Below are positions 16,273 through 26,932 of a stretch of DNA of 64,000 nucleotides, in pieces. The stretch covers positions 1 through 64,000 of the forward strand of contig JBIIPZ010000012.1 in NCBI GenBank assembly GCA_044342325.1. Reading direction: 5' to 3'. The notes under the pieces were generated by a model. The model worked only from the letters and a program-made list of their open reading frames with translations, had not been told where the DNA came from and made no database searches. Position 1 is the stretch's first letter. Each line of letters begins with the position of its first letter. The translations under genes and the position numbers were made by a program. Source of the DNA: Terrimicrobiaceae bacterium. GTDB lineage: Bacteria > Verrucomicrobiota > Verrucomicrobiia > Chthoniobacterales > Terrimicrobiaceae.

Positions 16273-18270
16273 CTACGCAAAGACGACCTCGCCAAGTTCG
16301 CGGCCGATGGCGCGGCGGACGCGGAAGACATGGGCGGGTCGGTGGTGGGGATCGAGCGCGATGAAGTTCCGGGCACCCCGCCAGTGGAATTTCTCACCGG
16401 TGAGGAGATCCTCCATCACATATTCCTCGTCGGTGCCAATACCGAATTGCTCGAGCGGGATGTGGACAAACGCGCTTTGCGGATTCCATGGATCGACCGT
16501 CACCACGACGAGGATGAGGTTGTTGAGGGCGGCGGTGGATTTGCTGAAGCAGAGGACTTGGTCATTCTCGGCATTGTGGATGCGGAGGTTATCGTATTCG
16601 CGCAGGGCGCGGTTGTCGCGGCGGATGTGGTTGAGGCGGGTTATGTAGTCCTTGATATTCCCCGGCGCGTTCCAGTCGCGGCCTTTAAACTGGTATTTCT
16701 CGGAGTCGATATACTCCTCTTTGCCGGGAACGGCAGCGTTCTCGCAGAGCTCGAATCCGCTGTAGATGCCGTAAACAGGCACGGTCATGGCAGCCAGGAC
16801 GGCACGGATCAAGAAGGCCGGACGCCCACCATGCTGGAGATACTCGGGGAGGATGTCAGGAGTGTTGGCAAAGAAGTTCGCACGGAAAAAGTCACGCATT
16901 GGGTGCGTGGTGAGTTCGGTGAGATACTCTGCCAGCTCGTTCTTAGTGTTTCTCCACGTGAAATAGGTGTAGCTCTGCGTGAAGCCAACCTTTGCCAGCT
17001 CCTGCATCATTTTCGGGCGGGTGAATGCCTCGCTCAGGAAGACGGTGCCGGGGAATTTGGCCTTCACCTCGGCGATGACCCATTCCCAGAAAGCGACGGG
17101 TTTTGTGTGGGGATTGTCGACGCGGAAAATGCCCACACCGTGCTCGCACCAGAAAAGGATGACATCGCGGAGTTCGTCCCAGAGTTCGCGCCAGTTCGCA
17201 TTGTGGAAATTCAGCGGATACACATCCTCGTATTTCTTGGGCGGGTTCTCGGCATACTTGATCGAGCCGTCGGGGCGCTTGAAAAACCACTCTGGATGCG
17301 CGTGCACATAGGGATGGTCGGGCGAGCAGTTGATCGCAAAATCAAGGGCGATCTCCATGCCCCGCTTGCGGATTTCGGCAACGAGCCAGTCGAAGTCCTC
17401 CAGCGTGCCCAGCTCAGGCGCGACATCCTTGTGTCCACCACCGTTAACGCCCTGCTTGTTGTTGCCGATGGCATAAGGCACACCGGGTTCTCCAGGTTCG
17501 CATTTGAGAGAGTTGTTCCGCCCTTTGCGGTTGCTGGTGCCAATCGGATGGATCGGCGGGAAATAAATGACATCGAAGCCCATCGCCTTGGCGTCATCAA
17601 CACGAGGCAGGCACTGACGGAATGTCGAACCCGAGTCCGCCTTGCCCTCCGCAGAACGGGGAAAAAACTCATACCAGGCGGCAAAGGCAGCGCGCTCTCG
17701 ATCCACCCACACCGGGTGAAATGGCTCTGCAATCGTGGCCAACGAGCGGTCGGCATACACGCGCATGAGGGCGCACAGTGAGGGATCATGCGCGAGGTCA
17801 TGGGCCTGCTGCGCATCAGCCACCCGCATGGCGGCTCCAGTTTTTTTCAAAGCCTCGCCATCGGAAGTCTTGCACGCACGGGCGGCTGCCGACTCGATGA
17901 ATGCGGCTCCTTCGAGAATCTCGCTCTGGAGTTCGCGGAGTCCGGCGGCAAATTTTTTCTCCAACTCGTGCTGCCAGGAAAAAAACACATCCCCCCATGC
18001 CTCGATGGTGTATTCCCAGGCCCCCTCGGCCGTGACGCAGAGAGTGGCGGTCCATCTGTCGTTTTGAATCGGTCGCATGGGCGTTTCATTCCAAGCCTTC
18101 TCGCCCACGCGGCGCCATTTGAGGATCGCGGACACCTCGTCGTGCCCCTCCTTGAAAATGTCCGCTTCCACCGTGATCTCGCCACCCACCGGGCGCTTGA
18201 TAGCAAAACGGGCGTTGTCCAATGAGGGAGTGATGCGTCGAATGACGACTGTTTCAGGGCTTTTTGTCAT
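16273..18270 (-). CDS. glgE: Alpha-1,4-glucan:maltose-1-phosphate maltosyltransferase
   Basis: WYEFFPRS, AENPPKKYED, FRVDNPHTKP and NTPDIL motifs. Confidence 0.96.
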   Translation of the reverse strand: MTKSPETVVIRRITPSLDNARFAIKRPVGGEITVEADIFKEGHDEVSAILKWRRVGEKAWNETPMRPIQNDRWTATLCVTAEGAWEYTIEAWGDVFFSWQHELEKKFAAGLRELQSEILEGAAFIESAAARACKTSDGEALKKTGAAMRVADAQQAHDLAHDPSLCALMRVYADRSLATIAEPFHPVWVDRERAAFAAWYEFFPRSAEGKADSGSTFRQCLPRVDDAKAMGFDVIYFPPIHPIGTSNRKGRNNSLKCEPGEPGVPYAIGNNKQGVNGGGHKDVAPELGTLEDFDWLVAEIRKRGMEIALDFAINCSPDHPYVHAHPEWFFKRPDGSIKYAENPPKKYEDVYPLNFHNANWRELWDELRDVILFWCEHGVGIFRVDNPHTKPVAFWEWVIAEVKAKFPGTVFLSEAFTRPKMMQELAKVGFTQSYTYFTWRNTKNELAEYLTELTTHPMRDFFRANFFANTPDILPEYLQHGGRPAFLIRAVLAAMTVPVYGIYSGFELCENAAVPGKEEYIDSEKYQFKGRDWNAPGNIKDYITRLNHIRRDNRALREYDNLRIHNAENDQVLCFSKSTAALNNLILVVVTVDPWNPQSAFVHIPLEQFGIGTDEEYVMEDLLTGEKFHWRGARNFIALDPHHRPAHVFRVRRAIGRELGEVVFA

Positions 18271-19256
18271 GTCAGGGAGTTGAGTTTTTTAACCAACGGA
18301 ACGAGTCCATCAAGTGTGGAGGCGACTTCGAGGAGGGAGCGCAATGCGACCGGCGTGTGGGCGAGAAAATCGGGGCGGTTTTTTTTGAGGCCAAGAAATC
18401 CGTAGGCACCGAGGGCCTGCATGAGACGCTGCAGGGCGCACCAGCGGAAGACCTCGTCGAAATCGGAATCGACGGGGGTGCCGTTTTGCTCCAGGCGTTT
18501 TTTGTAGAAAGCGAGCAACTCGCAACGCTCATCGGAGGTGAGCGCGACATAGGGATCGTAGAGCAGGGAGGCGAGGTCGTATTGGGCGAGCCCATAGCGC
18601 ATGCCTTGAAAATCGATGAGCCAAGCCGTGCCCTCGTTGATCATGACATTCTGCGACTGGAAATCCCGGTGCACGAGGACGCGTGGACGGGCGGAAAGAG
18701 CCTCAGCAGCTCCGCGCAGGGCGGGAAGAGCCGCCAACTCGGCGAGTTCGGAATCGGATGTTTGGAAATAATTTCCCAGACAGTTTTCAAAAAAATACCC
18801 CTGTTCCCAAAGGTAGAGGTCGGTATCAAAGACACGCTCCAAGCGTAAATCCGCACCGGGCGCCAACTCCGTCGCCTGCGTGTGCATGCGCAAGACGCCA
18901 TCGAGGGTGGATTCATAGAGAGCGCGCCGGGGTGTCCAGGGAGCGTTTCGGAAGCTCCACAGATCCTGTTCACCGAGATCCTGCATCCAAATCAACCCCT
19001 CCTCCGGATCGTGATGGTGAATCTCAGGAACCGGCACGCCTGCACCATTTAGGAAACGAGCTATGTCCACATAGTGGCGGTTTTCCTCTTTGTGGCCGGA
19101 GTATTTGACAAAGATCATCGACTCGTCGCCGAATCGAATGCGGTAGAACTTTCGCTCGGATCCGCCTTTTTCAAGCGGAGTCACTGCCGCGTTGCCGTTT
19201 CCCGTTTTTGGAAAGCGTTCGTTCGTTAGGGAAATGACATCGGCTTCGGCAATCAT
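18267..19256 (-). CDS. APH-family phosphotransferase (AmgK-like sugar kinase)
   Basis: GSERKFYR, HRDFQSQN, IDFQG and YDLASLLYDPY motifs. Confidence 0.9.
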   Translation of the reverse strand: MIAEADVISLTNERFPKTGNGNAAVTPLEKGGSERKFYRIRFGDESMIFVKYSGHKEENRHYVDIARFLNGAGVPVPEIHHHDPEEGLIWMQDLGEQDLWSFRNAPWTPRRALYESTLDGVLRMHTQATELAPGADLRLERVFDTDLYLWEQGYFFENCLGNYFQTSDSELAELAALPALRGAAEALSARPRVLVHRDFQSQNVMINEGTAWLIDFQGMRYGLAQYDLASLLYDPYVALTSDERCELLAFYKKRLEQNGTPVDSDFDEVFRWCALQRLMQALGAYGFLGLKKNRPDFLAHTPVALRSLLEVASTLDGLVPLVKKLNSLT

Positions 19257-19304
19257 GGATGGACGCAAACTCAACACCCCCACCCGCCTCGTGGGAAGCC
19301 CAAA

Positions 19305-19973
19305 TCAAAAGGGCGCAGTGCTCGAGGATTGAGCCAGCATGAGGGCCTCGATCGCCTCGCGCGAGGCAGCGGCGACTTCGCGTCCCACGGGGTCGGCATC
19401 CGCAATGGCAGCAATGCGGGCGGAGCGTCCATCCAAAAGGTCGGATCCGAAAACCTCGGAGATCAAATAACAACCTTGGAGCAGGCTGATGAGTGTCGCA
19501 TCAAAATGCGTTGGCAGTTCTTCGCTCTGGATCAGGCGGGCCAGGCGCGTTTTTACCTCGACCCGTTCTTCGTTGTGAACGGTGGGATAACGCCGCAGGC
19601 CGATGACCCACAGGATTTTTTTATCCTGGCGCTTCAGAATGCCGCGCTCAATGAGGTGGTCCAGCACCGCTTGTTCGATATCGCGCTTCTCATCGGACAA
19701 AGTCAGGAGCCAATAGGCAATGGAATGACATTTTTCGGCGGCGGCTATGCGCTGGAGCCAGGGATCGAGCAGCGGATTTCCCGTTGGTGCGGCGTTGAGG
19801 ACTTCGACGCACTTTGTTCGTGTTGCAATGCGCCCGGCCATTTCCAAATCCGCCAAAACGGCTCCTGCCAACCCATATCCGATGGCCTGCGGCATCAGCG
19901 GCAGGTGCGCACCGGTGGTGTCATCCAACGAAAGCAAAACAATCTCTTCAACGAGTGCGAGTGGCGGATTCAT
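19305..19973 (-). CDS. GPP34/GOLPH3 (Vps74)-family protein
   Basis: LVEEIVLLSLDD and LAGAVLADL..GRI motifs; RRYP near the C-terminus. Confidence 0.85.
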   Translation of the reverse strand: MNPPLALVEEIVLLSLDDTTGAHLPLMPQAIGYGLAGAVLADLEMAGRIATRTKCVEVLNAAPTGNPLLDPWLQRIAAAEKCHSIAYWLLTLSDEKRDIEQAVLDHLIERGILKRQDKKILWVIGLRRYPTVHNEERVEVKTRLARLIQSEELPTHFDATLISLLQGCYLISEVFGSDLLDGRSARIAAIADADPVGREVAAASREAIEALMLAQSSSTAPF

Positions 19974-20036
19974 GCAAAAAACATATCCGGAAACTCCAGA
20001 AATCCAGCACCGGAAGGTGAAGACCCCATGCGGGTC

Positions 20037-21725
20037 TCAGGTGTATTTCACGACTTCCTCGATCGTCGTCAGTCCATCATAGATCGAGCGAAGTCCATCC
20101 TCGCGCAGCGTGGTCATGCCAAGTTCGATGGCTTTTTGGCGAATAAGGATGCCCGGAGCACGGTCGTTGATCATTTCCCGGACGGGATCCGAGATTTTGA
20201 GGAGTTCATAAATGCCCTTACGGCCTTTGTAGCCCGTCTGGTTGCAGGCCTCGCAGCCTTTTCCATAGTAGAAATTTTTATCGCCGATGTCGTGAATGCT
20301 GAGGCCGAGGGAGGCCAGAACCTGCTCGCTGGGCTCGTAGGCCGTGCGGCAGGCTGTGCAGATTTTGCGAATGAGGCGCTGGGCGAGAACGCACTCCAGC
20401 GAGGCGGAGATGAGAAACGGCTCGATGCCCATGTCCATGAGGCGCGTCACCGCGCCAGTCGAGTCGTTCGTGTGGAGCGTGGTGAAGACCAAGTGACCTG
20501 TGAGCGACGCTTGAATCGCAATCTGAGCGGTCTCGGCATCACGCGTTTCACCGACAAGGATGCGGTCGGGATCCTGACGCAAAAACGCACGGAGAACGCG
20601 GGAGAATGTCAGCCCGACGGCGTCGTTGATAGGCACCTGAATGATGCCGTCGATCTCGTATTCCACAGGATCCTCTGCGGTGAGGAGCTTGGAATCGATG
20701 GTATTGATCTTGCGCAGGCAGGAATAGAGCGTGGTGGTCTTTCCAGAACCGGTCGGGCCGGTGACGATGAAAATACCGTTTGGCTTTTCAATCACCTCTA
20801 AAATATGCGCCATGATGTCCGGCGGCATGCCCAAGGTTTCGAGTTCGAGATTCACGCTGGAGCGGTCGAGCACGCGGAGCACAACGCTCTCACCGAAGGC
20901 CGTCGGCAGCGTGGAGACACGCAGATCGACCTGGCGGCCATTGATCATGCGCTGAATGCGTCCATCCTGCGGCAGGCGGCGCTCGGCGATGTTGAGATTC
21001 GACATCACTTTGACGCGCGAGATAACCGGCAACGCCAACTTGAAGGGAGGCGGGTCAAGTTCGTAAAGGGCGCCATCCACACGGTAGCGGATTTTAAATT
21101 CGGTCTCGAAAGGCTCGAAATGGATATCACTCGCCCGCGCCGAAACAGCCTTGTCGAGGATGAGATCCACATATTTGACCACCGGAGCGGCGTTCGCCTC
21201 GGCAGTGACCGCCTGAAGATTGAATTGCTCCTCGGGCCCCTCCTCAACCGTGATGTCGCCACCGAGTTGCGCAAGGATGTCCTGAATATTCGAATCCTCG
21301 GATCCATAATGCTCGCGGATGAACTTGCGGACTTGGGGAGGAAACGAAACGACCTGCACGATCTCGCGGCCAAGCGCGAAGCGGATGTCCTCGAGCGGAT
21401 GAGAATTCAGAGGATCCGCGAGGGCTACAAAAATGGTGTTTCCAGATGCACCCACAGGCAAAACGCCATGTAAGCGCGCGAGACCAGATGGGATCAAGGT
21501 GAGCGTCGTGGCATCGGGTGTGAATCCCTCCAAGCTGTGCGCCTCGGCACCGATGGCCTCAGCGAGGACAATCTCGAAGCCAGACTCATCGACCAGCTGG
21601 GATTCAATGAAAACCTCCTCGATAGGCTTGGAACCGGCCTCGGCCGCTTGAATGAAAGCCTCTGCCTGCTCGGGCGTGAGGTAACCCTTTTCCACAAAAA
21701 TGTCGGTGACTTGCCGGGAATCCAT
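20037..21725 (-). CDS. GspE/PilB family secretion ATPase
   Basis: ASDIHFEP, GPTGSGKTT, LRQDPD, GHLVFTTLHTND and CxxC motifs. Confidence 0.96.
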   Translation of the reverse strand: MDSRQVTDIFVEKGYLTPEQAEAFIQAAEAGSKPIEEVFIESQLVDESGFEIVLAEAIGAEAHSLEGFTPDATTLTLIPSGLARLHGVLPVGASGNTIFVALADPLNSHPLEDIRFALGREIVQVVSFPPQVRKFIREHYGSEDSNIQDILAQLGGDITVEEGPEEQFNLQAVTAEANAAPVVKYVDLILDKAVSARASDIHFEPFETEFKIRYRVDGALYELDPPPFKLALPVISRVKVMSNLNIAERRLPQDGRIQRMINGRQVDLRVSTLPTAFGESVVLRVLDRSSVNLELETLGMPPDIMAHILEVIEKPNGIFIVTGPTGSGKTTTLYSCLRKINTIDSKLLTAEDPVEYEIDGIIQVPINDAVGLTFSRVLRAFLRQDPDRILVGETRDAETAQIAIQASLTGHLVFTTLHTNDSTGAVTRLMDMGIEPFLISASLECVLAQRLIRKICTACRTAYEPSEQVLASLGLSIHDIGDKNFYYGKGCEACNQTGYKGRKGIYELLKISDPVREMINDRAPGILIRQKAIELGMTTLREDGLRSIYDGLTTIEEVVKYT

Positions 21726-21730
21726 GTTGG

Positions 21731-23425
21731 TTAATCCAAATCCGCCATTGTTGAACTGATGACTTCGTCGGCGGTGGTGACACCGGCGAGCACTTTGCGC
21801 ACTCCATCCTCACGAAGGGTCCTCATTCCTAGCTCCCGGGCGCGTTGGCGCAGGGCGATGGTGGAGGCGTTGTTATTGACCATGTTCCTCACCTCGTCAT
21901 CGACGAGGAACATTTCAAAAATACCCATTCGGCCCTTGAAGCCCTTGCCTCTGCAAGCGTCGCAACCGACGGGCTGCATGACGCGGGCTTGGGAGAGCAT
22001 ACCTGGCTCGATCTGCAGGGCGCTCATTTCGTATTCCGTCAACTCGCCGGGCTGCTTGCAAGTCGGGCAGAGCCTGCGAACAAGGCGCTGGGCGACCACA
22101 GCGCGGACGGAACTTGAGACAAGAAACGGCTTCACTCCGATATCCACCAAACGCGCGATGGCACTCGGAGCGTCGTTTGTGTGGAGGGTCGAGAGAACAA
22201 GATGGCCGGTCAGAGAGGCGTTCACCGCGATGCTGGCGGTCTCGTTGTCACGAATCTCACCGATCATGATGATATTCGGCGCCTGACGCAGGATCGAACG
22301 GAGTGCAGCCGGAAATGTCATGCCGATGCTGGCATTGACTGGCACCTGGTTGATGCCGTTCATCTGATATTCCACAGGATCCTCCACCGTGATGAGCTTC
22401 CGGTCGGGCTTGTTCATGTAGTTCAAGCAACCATAAAGGGTGGTCGTTTTTCCCGAGCCGGTGGGGCCCGTTACAAGAATGATGCCGTCGGGCAGGTTGA
22501 TGCACTGCTCGAACTTGGCCTGATCGTCCGAGAGGAAACCCAAGTCCGGCAGACCAAGCATAAGAGATGTCTTGTCGAGGATACGCATCACGACGCTCTC
22601 CCCGTGCACAGTCGGAATGGTGGAAACACGAAGATCGACGGATTTTTCACCAACCCGCACTTGAATGCGACCGTCCTGCGGGAGGCGCTTCTCGGCGATG
22701 CTCATCGTGCGAGACATGATCTTGAGACGACTGACGATGGCACCATGAAGACGCTTCGGCGGAGATTGCATTTCCTGGAGCACGCCATCGATGCGGAAAC
22801 GCAGGCGCAGCTTGGTCTCGAGGGGCTCGATATGGATATCACTCGCCCGGTTCGTGTAGGCTTCCAGAAGCAGCATCGAGACGAGTTTGATGACCGGTGC
22901 GTCGCCTTCAACCGCATCACCCTCGTCCTCGCCCCGTGCAATATCGCTTCCCTCGACCTCGCCCATGGATTTGAGCAGGTCTGAAGTGGCATCGGCTGCG
23001 TCCCCGTGGAATTTGATGATCAGCTTGTGAATGGCATCCGGCGTGGCGCAGACGAATTCCAATTCGCGCCTCAACTTGTAGGTGAGGTCGTCCATCGTCT
23101 GCATGGCCATCGGGTCGGCGAGTGCAATGATGAGAACCCCGTCGCGAAGAGCGACCGGCAAGGCATGGTAGCGGCGCGCGTCTTCTGCCGGCATATGTTC
23201 GACCACATTGCGTTCGACCTGCATGTGTTCGAGGTCCACAAACTCCATACTGTTCTGGGCAGCCAGTGCTCGGCTCACATCTTCCTGTGTGACGAGTCCA
23301 CCTTGAAGCAGAGTGTGGAGCAACCCGCCCCCATCCATATTGGCACGGGCGGCTTCGATCTGCGACTTGGTCAGCAGACCCAGATCGCGGAGAACTTCAA
23401 CTGTGTATTCGTCAGTCTGGGACAC
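21731..23425 (-). CDS. GspE/PilB family secretion ATPase (paralogue)
   Basis: ASDIHIEP, GPTGSGKTT, GEIRD and GHLVLSTLHTND motifs. Confidence 0.96.
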   Translation of the reverse strand: MSQTDEYTVEVLRDLGLLTKSQIEAARANMDGGGLLHTLLQGGLVTQEDVSRALAAQNSMEFVDLEHMQVERNVVEHMPAEDARRYHALPVALRDGVLIIALADPMAMQTMDDLTYKLRRELEFVCATPDAIHKLIIKFHGDAADATSDLLKSMGEVEGSDIARGEDEGDAVEGDAPVIKLVSMLLLEAYTNRASDIHIEPLETKLRLRFRIDGVLQEMQSPPKRLHGAIVSRLKIMSRTMSIAEKRLPQDGRIQVRVGEKSVDLRVSTIPTVHGESVVMRILDKTSLMLGLPDLGFLSDDQAKFEQCINLPDGIILVTGPTGSGKTTTLYGCLNYMNKPDRKLITVEDPVEYQMNGINQVPVNASIGMTFPAALRSILRQAPNIIMIGEIRDNETASIAVNASLTGHLVLSTLHTNDAPSAIARLVDIGVKPFLVSSSVRAVVAQRLVRRLCPTCKQPGELTEYEMSALQIEPGMLSQARVMQPVGCDACRGKGFKGRMGIFEMFLVDDEVRNMVNNNASTIALRQRARELGMRTLREDGVRKVLAGVTTADEVISSTMADLD

Positions 23426-23448
23426 TTGGGCGAGGAAATGAAGAGGTC

Positions 23449-23477
23449 TATCTACGGGAGCAATACCGCCAAGTCAA
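23449..23477 (-). promoter_or_regulatory. Sigma70-type promoter of the GspE/PilB pair
   Basis: TTGACT-N17-TAGATA, ending 24 nt before the start codon. Confidence 0.55.
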
Positions 23478-23497
23478 CAAATGGCCGCAATTCAGGG

Positions 23498-24286
23498 TCA
23501 GCGCGAAAAAAACATCCACACCAACACGAGACCAAGAATGATGCGGTAAACGCCGAAACCAATGAAGGTGTGCGTCTGGACATAGCGCAGAAGCCACTTC
23601 ACGGCGATGAAGGAGACGATCGCCGAAACCGCGGTCCCCAAGAAAAGCAGACCCCAATGTTCGGTCGCGCCGCCATTGAGAGCTTTAAGAATCTTATAGG
23701 CTCCGGCGGCAAGCAGCGTTGGAATACCGATCAGGAAGGAAAACTCTGTCGCCACGACACGGTTCAGACCGCAGAGCATGGCAAAAATAATAGTGGCCCC
23801 GGATCGCGAGGTGCCAGGAAAGACCGCTGCGAGAATCTGAGCAAACGCCACCATGAAAACAACCGGCCAAGTGATGCAGTCCGCAAGCCCGCGGCCGTGC
23901 AATTTTTTTTCGACGACAATGAATAAAATACCGCCGACAATCAGCGCGCCCGCGATGGGCAGCGTCGTCTCGGGCAGTTCAATTCCGAGTTTGTCGAGTG
24001 TGAGTCCACCGACGACCGTGATGAGAAAGCCAACGAGTATTTTGAGATTAAAATCCAAGCTCTGCGGACTCCGCCAGTCGGCCATCATACGCAAGCGGTC
24101 TTTGAAGAGCGGCAGGACAGCAAGCACCGCGCCGCTCTGGATTACAACATTGAAAAGATCACTCTGCCGGTAATCCAGCCATTCCTGGAAGATCAGCAAA
24201 TGCCCGGTTGATGAGACCGGTATGAACTCGGTGGCACCCTCGACTATGCCGAGGATGACGACGATCAGCCATTCAGGGAGCGCCAA
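23498..24286 (-). CDS. uppP: Undecaprenyl-diphosphate phosphatase
   Basis: EGATEFIPVSSTGH and PGTSRSGATI motifs. Confidence 0.96.
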   Translation of the reverse strand: MALPEWLIVVILGIVEGATEFIPVSSTGHLLIFQEWLDYRQSDLFNVVIQSGAVLAVLPLFKDRLRMMADWRSPQSLDFNLKILVGFLITVVGGLTLDKLGIELPETTLPIAGALIVGGILFIVVEKKLHGRGLADCITWPVVFMVAFAQILAAVFPGTSRSGATIIFAMLCGLNRVVATEFSFLIGIPTLLAAGAYKILKALNGGATEHWGLLFLGTAVSAIVSFIAVKWLLRYVQTHTFIGFGVYRIILGLVLVWMFFSR

Positions 24287-24298
24287 GCGATTGTTCCC

Positions 24299-24652
<354 letters not shown>

Positions 24653-24706
24653 TCAGAAGCGATCTTGACTGGCAAGCATCAAGACCACGGAGACCCTTTT
24701 GAGAAA

Positions 24707-25258
24707 ATGAAACCCATACAGTGGCGGCGCACCAGACTTGGCCGGTATCTGCGCCACCTGCCGCGCGCAAAACACATTCGTGGCACATGGATCCATCGCG
24801 TTTTCGGAGACCGGCTCTTTGCAAATGAGCTTTGGCATCCCACAGGACAGAAATTTGCCACCGGCATGGCGATCGGCGCCTTCTTCGCACTCATGCCTCT
24901 TCCCGTGCAAATGATCGCAGCTGCTCTGGCCGCATTTTTCTTGAGGGCAAATATCCCCGCCGCCATCGCGGGCACATGGATCAGCAATCCGTTCACCTTT
25001 CCTTTCTGCGTCTATTTTCAATACCGCTTGGGATGTTTCCTGACCGGTCGCGATCCGATGCATTTTAAGGACCCTGACCTCCTCGCATCTCTCTCAGGTG
25101 CTCCCATGCCGTTTCTGGTCGGCATCATTCCAGCAGGCCTACTTCTGGCTGCTGTGACTTATCCGGTGACGCTGATTTTGTGGGAGTGGACTACACGAAG
25201 CATCCATGCCGCAAAAAGGCGCCGCCTCGCAATGCTGGCAGCCAAAAGCAAAGTTTAG
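24707..25258 (+). CDS. DUF2062 family membrane protein
   Basis: LWH, A.G.AIGAF..LMP and RANIPAA..GTWISNPFT motifs. Confidence 0.88.
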   Translation: MKPIQWRRTRLGRYLRHLPRAKHIRGTWIHRVFGDRLFANELWHPTGQKFATGMAIGAFFALMPLPVQMIAAALAAFFLRANIPAAIAGTWISNPFTFPFCVYFQYRLGCFLTGRDPMHFKDPDLLASLSGAPMPFLVGIIPAGLLLAAVTYPVTLILWEWTTRSIHAAKRRRLAMLAAKSKV

Positions 25259-25283
25259 ATTTCGGGAGTGCGATGGTGGAAGA

Positions 25284-25709
25284 ATGAAAGCTCCGCGCAA
25301 AATCACTTTCCTTGGTGAACCTGCCCGGTTGGCCGGGATACGCGAAGGCGCAAGGGAGTTTTTAGCGGGCGCGGGATTCAACAATGAGGAGGAGGCGAGA
25401 ATCATCATGGCTCTCGACGAGGCCTGCACGAACATCATCCGCCACGCGCACGAGGGCTTCGTCAAACCCGTGCGACTCGAAATGAAATGGCTGAAGAACC
25501 GCCTACGCTTCGTTCTACGGGACTACGGCAGGCCGCTCGATCCACTAACAATTCCATCCCAAGACATCCAAATCACCACACCTGGTGGCCTCGGCGTTTT
25601 CATAATTCGCGAGGTTTTCGATCTCGTTGAATACACTCCCCAAGTCCGGGGAACCCGACTGACACTGGAAAAGCTGCTGCCTGCAGGTGGAACTCAGAGT
25701 TCCTTTTGA
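25284..25709 (+). CDS. RsbW-like anti-sigma factor / HATPase
   Basis: ALDEACTNIIRHA, RDYG and GGLGVFII motifs. Confidence 0.92.
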   Translation: MKAPRKITFLGEPARLAGIREGAREFLAGAGFNNEEEARIIMALDEACTNIIRHAHEGFVKPVRLEMKWLKNRLRFVLRDYGRPLDPLTIPSQDIQITTPGGLGVFIIREVFDLVEYTPQVRGTRLTLEKLLPAGGTQSSF

Positions 25710-26932
25710 ACGATGCGGAAGATTTCTGTGTTATCCTGAAATCCTTTGAGCGCCTCGGAGCCTGGGCCGCTTCCGACAGCGATGGCATCCTCCGCGACTC
25801 CGATAGCCGCAGCGCGCTTGCTTGCGGCGGGCTCGGTGGAAACCGGCCCCTCCGGACTTGTGCGTGTGCCCGACTCGGGCCCGGTGGACCATGTGATGGA
25901 TGGCGCGCCTTGGGCGTTGATGCCCAGAAGTCCAGCACCCTTATCGTTGCGGAAGGGATAGCCATTGAGACGCAGGCCACCGACATTGCGTTTTCCAACG
26001 ACGAGAATCAAAGCCTTCGGCCCGGCATAGCGCACCGCCTCGGCCACGGCTTCGTCGAGTGCGAGAATTTCGCGCAGGGTTCGCTCGCCTTCGTTTTGCG
26101 CGGCGGATTTTCCCGCAAGACCGGCGTCAACGATCAACAGGTAGCCACGCGCGTTGTATTGCAGGAGCCGAATGGCATTTCGCACCATAGTGGACAATGT
26201 CGGCTGACCTGCCTCCGCCGCGAATTCATCGGCGAAATTCAGGTTTCCCATACTGAAAAGACCGAGCGTCTTCGGAGTTCTCCAGGACGGCGTGCCTTCG
26301 AGTTCCAACTCCGAGCGCACGACATCGTAACCTTTGTCACGCATCTCCTGGATGAGATCTCTCGCGTCGCCGCGCCGCCCACCCTGTGCATCGGGCAAAA
26401 AATCCGCCGCGCCACCGCCCATAATCACATCCACTCCCTGCGCCTCGGCGAGTTGGCGAGCGATGACCGGATAGTCGAGAGGGTCGGAGGTTCCCGCATA
26501 GAAAGCGGCGGCCGTGGCATCCGTGATCGAGGCATTAGAAACGATACCGGTGGCGCGTCCACGCTGGCGCGCGATCTCGACAAGATTCGGCAAGGCGCCC
26601 TTGCCTTGATTCACTCCGAGCACGCCGTTGTTGCCTTTTTGGCCAGTGGCAATCGAGCTCGCGGACGCAGCGGCATCTGGAACCGCGAAGTCATTCGCAT
26701 GGGTTGTCACGAGTGCGATGTTGGGAAACTTCTCGATCTGCAAACGGTGATCAGCTCCGCCCTGATAGTTTCTGGCCGGCGTCAGAACGGACGGAGTGAG
26801 GTTGTCCGCAAGAAAAACAATGACTGCAAAAGGACGCTGGACGACCCAGTTGATGTAGAAGAGAGCGCCTAATGCGAGGAAGACGAGAAGGCATCCCAAA
26901 GCCAAAAGTCGGTTGCGCGTTTTTTTGTTCAT
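25694..26932 (-). CDS. Membrane-anchored alkaline phosphatase homologue, apparently catalytically inactive
   Basis: Alkaline-phosphatase fold motifs (IATGQKGNNG, GRATGIVS, DVIMGGG, PTLSTMV..AI..L), but the nucleophile motif reads PDAA and the metal-ligand motifs are degenerate. Confidence 0.85.
   Translation of the reverse strand: MNKKTRNRLLALGCLLVFLALGALFYINWVVQRPFAVIVFLADNLTPSVLTPARNYQGGADHRLQIEKFPNIALVTTHANDFAVPDAAASASSIATGQKGNNGVLGVNQGKGALPNLVEIARQRGRATGIVSNASITDATAAAFYAGTSDPLDYPVIARQLAEAQGVDVIMGGGAADFLPDAQGGRRGDARDLIQEMRDKGYDVVRSELELEGTPSWRTPKTLGLFSMGNLNFADEFAAEAGQPTLSTMVRNAIRLLQYNARGYLLIVDAGLAGKSAAQNEGERTLREILALDEAVAEAVRYAGPKALILVVGKRNVGGLRLNGYPFRNDKGAGLLGINAQGAPSITWSTGPESGTRTSPEGPVSTEPAASKRAAAIGVAEDAIAVGSGPGSEALKGFQDNTEIFRIVQKEL

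Noticed and set aside
15913..17781. Long antisense ORFs (also 19329..20801, 25706..26872, 31159..32220, 41664..42863, 60571..62019)
   Set aside because: Shadow frames opposite well-supported genes in GC-rich DNA, with no recognisable motifs.
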